Below are positions 18,576 to 27,128 of a stretch of DNA of 62,111 nucleotides, in pieces. The notes beneath the pieces were generated by a model. It worked only from the letters and a program-made list of their open reading frames with translations, made no database searches and had not been told where the DNA came from. Source of the stretch: an uncultured Myxococcales bacterium (GTDB taxonomy: Bacteria > Myxococcota > Kuafuiibacteriia > Kuafuiibacteriales > Kuafuiibacteriaceae); the NCBI GenBank assembly GCA_964477875.1, contig CAYZFR010000001.1:1-62111 (forward strand), in the 5' to 3' direction. Both the position numbers and the translations under genes were made by a program. The stretch's first letter is position 1. The number at the start of each line of letters is the position of its first letter.

Positions 18576-18791
18576 CTGATGCGCGACACCGACGAATGCA
18601 ACCGTTTAGGTGATTCGGGGCTAGGGAGATACCTGAGCGGCCGGCCCTGGGGTTCGAGGGAAGGGTTGGGGACGGACCGGCCGCCCAGGTACGCAAAGAA
18701 CCCAGGGCCGGGCGACGACATTCCGGAGGCCGACGAATTCGATCGCCGAATACGCCGAGAGATTTCGGGCCGGAGTCAGCGCTGCTAAGAT

Positions 18792-20159
18792 TTGCCCGTG
18801 AAGGTCCGGGACTCCATCCTCGACACCGTCGGGGACACGCCGATGGTTCGCCTCAACAAGATCGGGGCCGAGCACGGCTGCGAGATCCTCGCGAAGTGCG
18901 AGTTCCTCAATGCCGGCGGCTCGGTCAAGGATCGGATCGGCAAGCGCATGCTGCTGGAGGCCGAGGAGGCCGGTCGCATCAAGCCTGGAGACACCCTCAT
19001 CGAGCCGACGAGCGGCAACACGGGCATTGGATTGGCCATGGCCGCTGCCATCCGCGGCTACCGGATGGTCATCACCATGCCCGAAAAGATGAGTCGGGAG
19101 AAGCAGGTGGTGCTGGAGGCCTTGGGCGCCGAGATCATCCGGACGCCGACCGAGGCGGCCTTCGATAGTCCTGACAGCCACATCAGCGTCGCCAAGCAGC
19201 TCCAGAGCATCATTCCCAACAGCCACATCCTCGACCAGTACGGGAACGAGGACAATCCGCTCGCCCACTACCAGGGTACGGCCGAGGAGATCCTGGACCA
19301 GACCGGCGGCAAGCTGGACTACTTCGTGTCCGGCGCGGGGACCGGCGGCACGATCACAGGGGTGGGCAAGCGACTCAAGGAGGCCATTCCTGGCGTGAAG
19401 ATCATCGGCGCCGATCCGGTAGGCTCAATCCTCGCCGGTGAGGGGCCGGTTCACTCCTACAAGGTGGAGGGGATCGGCTACGACTTCGTGCCTGACGTGC
19501 TCGATCGCAGCGTGGTCGACGAGTGGATCAAGACCGAAGACCGGGACTCTTTCCTCCTCGCTCGCCGCCTCATTCGCAAGGAAGGCCTGCTCGTCGGCGG
19601 CAGCTGCGGCTCGGCCATGTTCGCGGCACTGACCGTGGCCGCGCGCGCTCCCGGCAAGCGGATCGTGGTCCTCCTCGCCGACTCGGTTCGCAACTACATG
19701 ACCAAGTTCATGGACGATGCCTGGATGAAGCAGTACGGCTTTCAGGAGTCGAACTGGGACCACGAGAGCGTCGGCGACATCTTGAATCGGATTCCACCCC
19801 GAGAACTGGTGGTGGCTCAGTTCGAAGACACAGTGGCTGAAGCCATCAAGACGATGAAGGACCACGCCATCAGCCAGCTTCCCGTGGTTCGGAACCAGAG
19901 AGTGTCTGGTATCGTCACAGAGTCCGACCTGCTCGGGAAAGTGGTCGAAGGCCATGCCAACCTGGGCAGCTCCATCGCCGAGGTCATGTACCGTCGCTGT
20001 GACACCGTTCGCCTCGAGGATCCCGTGAAGCACCTGCTGGAGCTGTTTGCCAACGACGAGGTAGGCGTCGTGGTCGACAACGACCAGCGCCTGGTCGGCA
20101 TCGTGACGAAGATGGATCTCGTCGACCATCTCACCGCCCAAGTATCCGCCGCCAGCTGA
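18792..20159 (+). CDS. cystathionine beta-synthase (PLP domain plus tandem CBS domains)
   Basis: DTVGDTPMVRLNKI...KCEFLNAGGSVKDRIG contains the PLP lysine. TSGNTGIGLA is also present. The C-terminal ~120 aa form a CBS pair. The start is TTG at 18792 or GTG at 18798. Confidence 0.9.
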   Translation: MPVKVRDSILDTVGDTPMVRLNKIGAEHGCEILAKCEFLNAGGSVKDRIGKRMLLEAEEAGRIKPGDTLIEPTSGNTGIGLAMAAAIRGYRMVITMPEKMSREKQVVLEALGAEIIRTPTEAAFDSPDSHISVAKQLQSIIPNSHILDQYGNEDNPLAHYQGTAEEILDQTGGKLDYFVSGAGTGGTITGVGKRLKEAIPGVKIIGADPVGSILAGEGPVHSYKVEGIGYDFVPDVLDRSVVDEWIKTEDRDSFLLARRLIRKEGLLVGGSCGSAMFAALTVAARAPGKRIVVLLADSVRNYMTKFMDDAWMKQYGFQESNWDHESVGDILNRIPPRELVVAQFEDTVAEAIKTMKDHAISQLPVVRNQRVSGIVTESDLLGKVVEGHANLGSSIAEVMYRRCDTVRLEDPVKHLLELFANDEVGVVVDNDQRLVGIVTKMDLVDHLTAQVSAAS

Positions 20160-20203
20160 GCGCCCGGGTCATTACCCTGCAGCGAAGCGTGGTAGGGCGG
20201 GGC

Positions 20204-20665
20204 TCAGTCGATGGGGTCGCAGATGAAGGTCTGGCCTGGGTCGATGAGGACCTTGCCCTTCAGAGCCTGGCGGCCGAGCAGGAGGCGAAAGCCCATCAGC
20301 CGGCGATCGGTCAGCGTGAGCTCGATGGGCCAGCTGGCGTCGCCGATCTGAATCGGGGTCTCGATGACGGGCCGAAACTCGGTGCTTCCGTTTGAGCTCT
20401 TGATGGCCCGCTCGTCCACGACGCGGGCCGCGGTCTCGATGGTGCGCTGACTGCTCGTTTTTTTGGGCACTTCGAAGCGGACCCAGCGCTCGCCGTCCCG
20501 GGTCTCCTCGCGAAGGTTGATGGCGTGGAGTGCGGAAGTCTTGGCGCCGGTGTCCATCTTTCCCTGGATCCGACTCAGGCCGAGCTCGGGCAGCTCGACC
20601 CACTCCCGCCAGCCGACTCGGGCGGTGGGGCGGGGACGAGCTCCCCTTCTACGCATAAAGGGCAT
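20204..20665 (-). CDS. retropepsin-like aspartic endopeptidase (PF05618, RimB-like, annotated putative ATP-dependent zinc protease)
   Basis: 153 aa. VGWREWVELPELGL..IQGKMDTGAKTSALHA...RPVIET...LTDRRLMGFRLLLGRQAL matches the family pattern as I recall it. Confidence 0.75.
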   Translation of the reverse strand: MPFMRRRGARPRPTARVGWREWVELPELGLSRIQGKMDTGAKTSALHAINLREETRDGERWVRFEVPKKTSSQRTIETAARVVDERAIKSSNGSTEFRPVIETPIQIGDASWPIELTLTDRRLMGFRLLLGRQALKGKVLIDPGQTFICDPID

Positions 20666-20697
20666 CCACGACTCGCAATGAGGGAAACGGAGAGGCT

Positions 20698-21993
20698 ATG
20701 CAGCAGCTCATGACGGACGCCAAGCCTTGCTTCGAAACCCTCGCCGTACACGGGGGCGCCGAGCCCGACGCCGCCACCGGCGCGCGTCAAACACCGATTT
20801 ACCAGACGACTTCCTATGTCTTCAACGACTCGGAACACGCAGCCAATCTATTCGCCCTCAAAGAGACGGGCTTCATCTACTCTCGGCTCACCAATCCCAC
20901 AGTAGGGGTGCTCCAGACCCGCGTAGCGGCGCTGGAGGGTGGGGCGGCGGCGACCGCCACCGCCTCCGGTCACGCGGCGCAGCTGTTGTCCTTGTTCGCC
21001 TTCATGGAGCCAGGCGCCCACATCGTGGCCGCCAAGCAGCTCTACGGCGGCAGCATCAATCAGCTCGGGGTGAGCTTTCCCCGGGCCTTCGGCTGGAAGA
21101 CGGACTTCGTCGACGCGACCAACCCCGAGAACTTCGAGAAGGCCATCAAGCCCGAGACCCGGGCCCTCTGGATCGAGGCTCTGGCCAATCCAGGCGGGGT
21201 CGTGACCGACATCGAGGCCATCGCCAAGGTGGCCCATGACGCGGGGGTGCCGCTGATCGTCGACAACACGATGGCCACGCCGTTCCTCTGTCGTCCCATC
21301 GAGCACGGCGCCGACCTGGTCGTGCATTCGACGACCAAGTTCATGAGCGGCAACGGCACCTCGATCGGGGGGGTCGTCGTCGACAGCGGCAAGTTCGACT
21401 GGAGCAGCAGCGATAAGTTCAAGGCGCTCACCCAGCCCGACCCCGGCTACCACGGCCTGAAGTTTCACGAGACCTTCGGTGAGCTCGCCTTCACCTTGTT
21501 CGGGCACGCGGTGGGCCTGCGAGATCTGGGTGCCAACCAGCAGCCGCTCAACGCCTGGCTCACGCTTCTGGGGCTGGAGACCCTCCACCTCCGAATGGAG
21601 CGGCACGTCCAAAACGCCGAAAAGGTGGCGAACTTCCTCGAGGGGCACCCGGAAGTGGAGTGGGTCAGCTACGCCGGTCTGAAGTCGTCGCCCTTCAACA
21701 CCCTTGCGAACAAGTACCTGCCGAACGGCGCCGGCGCGGTCTTCACCTTCGGTGTGAAGGGCGGCTTTCAGAAGGGGAAGAAGGTGGTCGAAGGGGTGAA
21801 GCTCTTCAGCCACCTGGCCAATATCGGTGACAGCCGAAGCCTCATCATTCACCCGGCTTCGACCACCCACAGCCAGCTCGACGCCGAAGCCCGCCGCGCC
21901 GCCGGCGCCGCCGACGACACCGTCCGCGTCTCGGTCGGCATCGAAAACGCCGAGGACATCATCGCCGACCTCGACCAAGCCCTCAAAAACTGA
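20698..21993 (+). CDS. metY: O-acetylhomoserine sulfhydrylase
   Basis: FETLAVHGG...TPIYQTTSYVF...YSRLTNPT...HSTTKFMSGNG (PLP lysine)...IIHPASTTHSQL. Confidence 0.93.
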   Translation: MQQLMTDAKPCFETLAVHGGAEPDAATGARQTPIYQTTSYVFNDSEHAANLFALKETGFIYSRLTNPTVGVLQTRVAALEGGAAATATASGHAAQLLSLFAFMEPGAHIVAAKQLYGGSINQLGVSFPRAFGWKTDFVDATNPENFEKAIKPETRALWIEALANPGGVVTDIEAIAKVAHDAGVPLIVDNTMATPFLCRPIEHGADLVVHSTTKFMSGNGTSIGGVVVDSGKFDWSSSDKFKALTQPDPGYHGLKFHETFGELAFTLFGHAVGLRDLGANQQPLNAWLTLLGLETLHLRMERHVQNAEKVANFLEGHPEVEWVSYAGLKSSPFNTLANKYLPNGAGAVFTFGVKGGFQKGKKVVEGVKLFSHLANIGDSRSLIIHPASTTHSQLDAEARRAAGAADDTVRVSVGIENAEDIIADLDQALKN

Positions 21994-22011
21994 CCCCTCT
22001 CAGTCTCCGGG

Positions 22012-24519
22012 TCAGCGGCCGCGGAGGGTCTGGGCGATGCGGAGGACGTCGGCGAGGACGCCGGCGGCGGTGACGGCGCCGCCGGCGCCGGCGCCCTGCA
22101 CGATGAGGGGATGCTCGGCGTAGCGGTCGGTGGTGAAGGCGACGAATGACTCCGTCGCTCGGAGCCGGGTGGCCGGGTGGTCGGCGGGGACGGCCATCGG
22201 GCCGACCTTCATGACCTTGTCGCCGTTGGCGGCCGCCCTCGGGTCGACGCGGGCCAAGTAGCGGAGCACGAGACCCTCCTTCTCGTAGGCGTCGAGCTGG
22301 GCGTCGAGCTCGGGCTGATAGGCCTGAAGCCCGGCGTAGAAGTCATCGAGCTCGGTCTGCTCCAAGATCCGCTCCGGCACCAAGGGCTCCAGCTCCACAT
22401 CCGACAGCTCGATCTGAAGACCGAGCTCCCGGGCCAAAATGATGGCCTTTCGGGCCGCGTCGAGGCCTGACAAGTCGTCCTGCGGCTGGGGCTCGGTATA
22501 GCCCAAGGCCTTCGCCTCTCGCACCGCCTCGTGGAGCGGCTTTCGCTGCATCATCTGCCAGGTCAGGTAGCCCAGGGTGCCGGAGAAGGAGCCCTCGATC
22601 AGCTGCACCCGGTCGCCGGTTCGGACGAGGTCCTTGAGGGTCTCGATGACCGGGAGGCTGGCCCCCACCGTGGTCTCGTACGCGTAGAAGCGGTGGTGGG
22701 CGCGGGCGCTCTCGATCAGCGCGTTGCGGCGCTGGACCTCGATGGTGAGGGGCTTCTTGTTCGCGGCCACCACGTGGATGCCCCGCTCGAAGGCCTGCTG
22801 GTACAGGTCCTCCAGGCCGCCGGCCGCCGTCACGTCCACCAGGATCGGGACCGGCAGCCGCCGAAGTCGGTCGAGCACCGCCGGGGTCACCGGTCCATGC
22901 GGCCCCAGCGGCGCCTCGGGCGCGCTGCTCAGTCGTCCCTCCCAGTCCGACGGCGGCAAGCCCTCGGGCTCGAAGGCGAGCCGGCGCTGGTCGGCCAGGC
23001 CCACCAGCCGCAGATTGATGTCGTGCTCGTCCCGAAGCACCCGGGCCTGAGAGGCGACCTGCTCCAGCAGCTCCGAGCCCACCGTGCCCTTGCCGAGGAC
23101 GAGCAGGCTCACCGTCTGGTGCGCGAAGTTGAAGGCGTCGTGGACCGCTCGCACCGCGGTGTTGGTCTCGTCGGCGTCGACGATGCAGCTGATCGAGCGG
23201 CTGCTCGCGCTCTGGCCAATGGTGCGAACGTTGACGCCCACCGCGCCCAGGGCCGCGAACATCCGGCCCGCTACGTTCACCGATTGACCCATGGCCTCCG
23301 CGACCAGGGTCAACAGCGTGGTCGGCGCCCAAACTTCCAGGGGCCGGATCTCCTTCGCCGCCAGCTCCGCCCGCAGCTCGAGCTCGATCGCGGCCTGGGC
23401 CTCGGCCGCCTGCTCCATGGGCACCACCACGGACAGCGCCTGGCCGTGGGCGCTCTGAGTCGACAGCCACACCGAGATCTCGCGCTGCTCCAGGCTCCGC
23501 TGCAGTCGCTCCGCCATCCGCGAGCGGGTGTCCAGGCGGCGCACCTGGATGTCGATCAGCGCCACATTCTCGAGCGAGGTGACCGAGGTCGGCTTGCCTG
23601 GATCCCGGTGGCCGGTCTCGTCGACGAGGGTGCCCTCCGCTTCGGGGGTCAAGGTGTTGCGGATCCGCAGCGGCACCCCCGCCTCGATGAGCGGGATCAT
23701 GGTCCGGGGATGGAAAATCTTGGCCCCGAAGGTCGCGAGCTCCAGGGCCTCCATGTAGCTGAGCCGAGACAGGGGATAGGCGTCGGGGACGATGGCGGGG
23801 TCGGCGGTCATCACCCCCGACACATCGGTCCAGATCGTCACCTCCTCGGCGCCGAGGCCCCGCGCGAGGAGGGTGGCGGTGTAGTCGGAGCCGTTGCGGC
23901 CCAAAGTCGTGGTCCGTCCGTCCGCGCTTCGGCCCAGATAGCCGGTGTGGACCGTCAGGGCGGAGCGCCATTCTTCGGCCTGGGCCTGGATGTTGCGCTC
24001 GGTAGCCGGCCAATCGACGTGGGCCAGCCCGAAGCGTGCGTCGGTCAACAGCCAGTCGCGGGCGTCGACGAATCGGGCCGGAAGGCCCTTGGCCTTCAAG
24101 AAGGCGGTCACGAGAAGGGCGCTGCTCCGCTCGCCGAAGGACTGGATCAAGTCCAGGGTCTGGGGCGTGTACTCCCGCAGCAGGCCGACGCCGTAGAGCA
24201 ACTTGCGCAGGTTGCCGTACAGAGCCTCCAGCTGGGTCAGCGTCTCACTCAGCTCGTGACCCTGCCCGAGCACCGACTCCGCGTTGCCGGTCACCAGCCG
24301 CTGCACCTGGTCGACGAGGGCGTTCGCCAGGTGGTCTTCGCCGTCGCCGGCTTTGGCCGCCGCCTCGATCAGCAGGTTGGTGGTCGGCCCCGCCGCCGAG
24401 ACGACGATGGCGGTGGGTCGAGGCGCCGCCTGGATGATCCCGACCACCCGGTGCACGCGCTCGGGGTCCTGCAAAGAGGAGCCACCGAACTTGAGGACGT
24501 GGGGACGCTCGACCGTCAC
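22012..24519 (-). CDS. thrA: bifunctional aspartokinase / homoserine dehydrogenase
   Basis: GTG start, then TVERPHVLKFGGSSL (aspartokinase N-terminus). ACT-like region in the middle. The homoserine dehydrogenase half has VLGKGTVGS (NAD fold) and a C-terminal catalytic domain. The GTG overlaps the metX stop as GTGA at 24516-24519. The rest of the 1162-aa ORF is read-through in frame. Confidence 0.9.
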   Translation of the reverse strand: MTVERPHVLKFGGSSLQDPERVHRVVGIIQAAPRPTAIVVSAAGPTTNLLIEAAAKAGDGEDHLANALVDQVQRLVTGNAESVLGQGHELSETLTQLEALYGNLRKLLYGVGLLREYTPQTLDLIQSFGERSSALLVTAFLKAKGLPARFVDARDWLLTDARFGLAHVDWPATERNIQAQAEEWRSALTVHTGYLGRSADGRTTTLGRNGSDYTATLLARGLGAEEVTIWTDVSGVMTADPAIVPDAYPLSRLSYMEALELATFGAKIFHPRTMIPLIEAGVPLRIRNTLTPEAEGTLVDETGHRDPGKPTSVTSLENVALIDIQVRRLDTRSRMAERLQRSLEQREISVWLSTQSAHGQALSVVVPMEQAAEAQAAIELELRAELAAKEIRPLEVWAPTTLLTLVAEAMGQSVNVAGRMFAALGAVGVNVRTIGQSASSRSISCIVDADETNTAVRAVHDAFNFAHQTVSLLVLGKGTVGSELLEQVASQARVLRDEHDINLRLVGLADQRRLAFEPEGLPPSDWEGRLSSAPEAPLGPHGPVTPAVLDRLRRLPVPILVDVTAAGGLEDLYQQAFERGIHVVAANKKPLTIEVQRRNALIESARAHHRFYAYETTVGASLPVIETLKDLVRTGDRVQLIEGSFSGTLGYLTWQMMQRKPLHEAVREAKALGYTEPQPQDDLSGLDAARKAIILARELGLQIELSDVELEPLVPERILEQTELDDFYAGLQAYQPELDAQLDAYEKEGLVLRYLARVDPRAAANGDKVMKVGPMAVPADHPATRLRATESFVAFTTDRYAEHPLIVQGAGAGGAVTAAGVLADVLRIAQTLRGR

Positions 24520-25616
24520 CCCTGGGCCTCTCGCAGGATGGCTTCCATTTGATCCCACTCGATCAAGAAGCCGTCGTGTCCGTGAAGCGAGCGGAGCTCG
24601 CGGTAGGCGCCGTCGGGTAGCTCCGCCGCCCACGCGCTCATGGGCGCGGCCGGGTAGAGCTGGTCGCTGTCGATCCCCACGAGGGTGGTTCGAGCACGGA
24701 CGCGGGATGGGGTCCAAACAGAGTCGCCCACTGATCGAGGCGGTGTGAAGACGTCGTGGTGATCCATCGCGGAGAGCTGAGCGAGGTAGGCGAGAGGGTC
24801 GAAGCGCGCCCGGAGCTTTTTTCCTTGGTGCTCCAGATAGGTCATGGCGCTGCCGGGGCGCGGAGGGATGGTGGGGCCATCGTGGCGAGCGGCGAGGCCG
24901 GCCGGGGCCCGGTAGGTCATGTGGGCGACCTGTCGCGCCAGCTCCAGACCGCGACCGGCGGCGGGGAAGGCAGGGTCCGCCAAGATGCTCATCCGCCCGA
25001 TGTGATTCCAGCCCTGGATCCAAGGGGTGCTCTTCGGGCAGCAGGCGATCAGCGCCGCTCGGGCGAAACGATCCGGGGCCAGCATGGTCAAGCACCAGCC
25101 GATCATGCCTCCGAGGGAGCCGCCGGTGACGAAGGCGATCTCGCCGAGGCCGAGGGCGTCCAGCCCTGCGAGGATCGCCCGGGCCTGGTCCCAAGTGCTG
25201 AGGGCGGCCGGGGTCCTGGGGTCGTGACTGAAGGCCCCCTTGCCGGTCGCGGCGTAGGGTGTATCGGCGCTCCGCGGGAACGCCGGGTCCACCGGCCCGA
25301 AGCTGCCGTAGCAGCTCCCGAGGTTGTTGAAGCAGAGGACGTTGGTACGCTCCGCGTCGAGCGCCCGGCCCGGCCCGACGAGGGGCCCCCACCAGTCGTC
25401 GACTTCGGGCGCGCCGGTCAGGGCGTGGACGACCAGGGCGGTGGGCGCGACCGAGGGCTCTTTCGCCGCGAGCCGTGCCTCGTCCGGTCCCGCCACCCAA
25501 GCGGCCAGCTCGTGGTCGGGGAGCACAGGGCCGCTCTCCAGCCCGAAGCCGGGGCAGCGCAAGGCAAGGCGTCGTCCCACTTCGTCGACGCGAGCAGGTC
25601 TTTGGGACCTTGGCAA
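24516..25616 (-). CDS. metX: homoserine O-acetyltransferase
   Basis: FGLESGPVL...LVVHALTG...NNLGSCYGS...VTGGSLGGM (nucleophile elbow)...GHDGFLIE. The TTG start at 25616 is uncertain. Confidence 0.88.
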   Translation of the reverse strand: MPRSQRPARVDEVGRRLALRCPGFGLESGPVLPDHELAAWVAGPDEARLAAKEPSVAPTALVVHALTGAPEVDDWWGPLVGPGRALDAERTNVLCFNNLGSCYGSFGPVDPAFPRSADTPYAATGKGAFSHDPRTPAALSTWDQARAILAGLDALGLGEIAFVTGGSLGGMIGWCLTMLAPDRFARAALIACCPKSTPWIQGWNHIGRMSILADPAFPAAGRGLELARQVAHMTYRAPAGLAARHDGPTIPPRPGSAMTYLEHQGKKLRARFDPLAYLAQLSAMDHHDVFTPPRSVGDSVWTPSRVRARTTLVGIDSDQLYPAAPMSAWAAELPDGAYRELRSLHGHDGFLIEWDQMEAILREAQG

Positions 25617-25625
25617 GTCGGTCGC

Positions 25626-27128
25626 TCAGCCGACCTTGGCGAAGAGATCGGCGAGGCTGTCGTCGGCGAGGTCGTGGACGCTTCGGACGTCGTCGCAGAA
25701 GCCGAGGCTGGACGGGTTGGCTTCGCCCACCGCGATGCCCTGGACGAAGAAGCGCATCCGGCGCCGGGCGGCGTCGACGTCCTCTACCAGCGGGCGGGAT
25801 ACGCTAGCTTCCCCGTCGGTGATGAAGACGACGTCGCCGCGGCGATAGGGCTTCTCGGTGAGGGCCTCCAAGGCTCGCCGGAGGGGCTCCTCGAAGCTCG
25901 TCCCGCCCCCTGGGAAGTGCTCGGCGAAGTTCGATACAGCCTCCATCGACACCTGGCTTCGGCCCGTGGCCCGAGGGGGCTTCGACAGCTCCACCTCCCA
26001 CAGCTCTTCGCCGCCGCTGAAGATCAGGCCCAGGCAGCGCCGCCGCTGGCGGCGCGCGATCTCGGCGAAGGTGAGGGCGACGGCCTTGGCCCAGATCTCG
26101 CGGGAGCCAGCCATCGAGCTGCTCCCGTCCACGCAGACGACCATGGGCCCGCTCTGCTTGGGGCCACGGAGCTCGTAGCGGAGGAGCTCGCTCTCGGCGA
26201 AGCGCCGCAGGAAGGCACGGTGGAGCTTGGAGCTGCTGCGCAGGCCGAGCAGTTCGCTGGGTAGGAGCCGGTCGAGCTCCCGGCCTCGAGAGACGTCGTG
26301 CAGGGTCTGAGGGGCCCGCTGGATCTTGTTGCGGCGCGCCTCGTTCGCCACCTCCTTGAAGGCGCCCAAGAGCCGGGCGAGGAGGCGCAGCTTCTTGGAG
26401 CGGGCCAGCTTTCGACCCAGCTCGGCTCGGGTGGCGGCGTCGGTCTTCTGGTCCTGGCCGCTACCGATCCCGAAGGCCGCCATCGCTTCGTCGACGTCGG
26501 CCTGTCCGCTCTCCAGCGACGCCAGAGCCCCCGACATCGCGTGGTCGAAGCTGACCGGCAGGTCGTCGGCCGACTTCTTCTGTTCGCCTCGCTTTCGCTT
26601 CAAGTCCTGGCGGAGACGGCGCTGGTCCTGATCCAGACTTCGCTTCAGATCGCTCTTGGTTTCCTCGGACCAGGGCATCTCGTCCAGATGGGTCTTCTCG
26701 GCGTCGAGGCGCTCGAGCTTCGCCTCGTCGTCTTTGGCGTCCATGCCCACCACCAGCTCGCTCGCCACGACGGTCTCTCGAGAGCTCAGGGCGTCGGCGA
26801 TGAGACCTGCCAGCGGTCCCAGCACCTCTATCGAGCGCCGGGCGTCGAGGGCGGTGTGAGAGCGGAGCGCCTCCAGCTTCGGATCGTCCCGAAGGGAGCG
26901 GACGATGCGGCGATTCAGCAGAACCGAGGCGTCCAGCTCCTTCTCCAAGCGCACGCGGAAGGTCAGCTTGTAGAGGAGGGCGAAGACGTCCATCAGCAGA
27001 GCGTCGGGATGAGGAAGGAGGTGGCCGAGTCGCTCCCGGGCCGCCTCCAGCCCGGTGGCGTCGGGCAAGAGCGATGCGAACTGATCGCGGTCGAAGCCGT
27101 CGTGCTCTACCGTGAAGGTGGCGCTCAA
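25626..27128 (-). CDS. ViaA-like VWA-domain protein (partner of the MoxR AAA+ ATPase)
   Basis: 500 aa. A long helical N-terminal region is followed by a C-terminal VWA domain with MIDAS VCVDGSSSM...ITDGEA. The TTG start overlaps the upstream stop as TTGA. Confidence 0.85.
   Translation of the reverse strand: MSATFTVEHDGFDRDQFASLLPDATGLEAARERLGHLLPHPDALLMDVFALLYKLTFRVRLEKELDASVLLNRRIVRSLRDDPKLEALRSHTALDARRSIEVLGPLAGLIADALSSRETVVASELVVGMDAKDDEAKLERLDAEKTHLDEMPWSEETKSDLKRSLDQDQRRLRQDLKRKRGEQKKSADDLPVSFDHAMSGALASLESGQADVDEAMAAFGIGSGQDQKTDAATRAELGRKLARSKKLRLLARLLGAFKEVANEARRNKIQRAPQTLHDVSRGRELDRLLPSELLGLRSSSKLHRAFLRRFAESELLRYELRGPKQSGPMVVCVDGSSSMAGSREIWAKAVALTFAEIARRQRRRCLGLIFSGGEELWEVELSKPPRATGRSQVSMEAVSNFAEHFPGGGTSFEEPLRRALEALTEKPYRRGDVVFITDGEASVSRPLVEDVDAARRRMRFFVQGIAVGEANPSSLGFCDDVRSVHDLADDSLADLFAKVG

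Noticed and set aside
18548-18791. SAM or SAH riboswitch in the leaders of CBS, sahR-metH, metY (20666-20697) or metX.
   Set aside because: The leaders of metY (32 nt), metX (9 nt) and metH (10 nt) are too short. The CBS leader shows none of the SAM-I, SAM-II or SAH conserved cores that I can recall. Control by the SahR-like protein is the simpler explanation.
22012-25500. 1162-aa ORF, and the alternative-frame 556-aa ORF at 22343-24013.
   Set aside because: Only the part from the GTG at 24519 downstream encodes aspartokinase/homoserine dehydrogenase. The N-terminal 327 aa are an Arg/Pro-rich out-of-frame reading of metX. The 556-aa ORF is a wrong-frame reading of the same gene.
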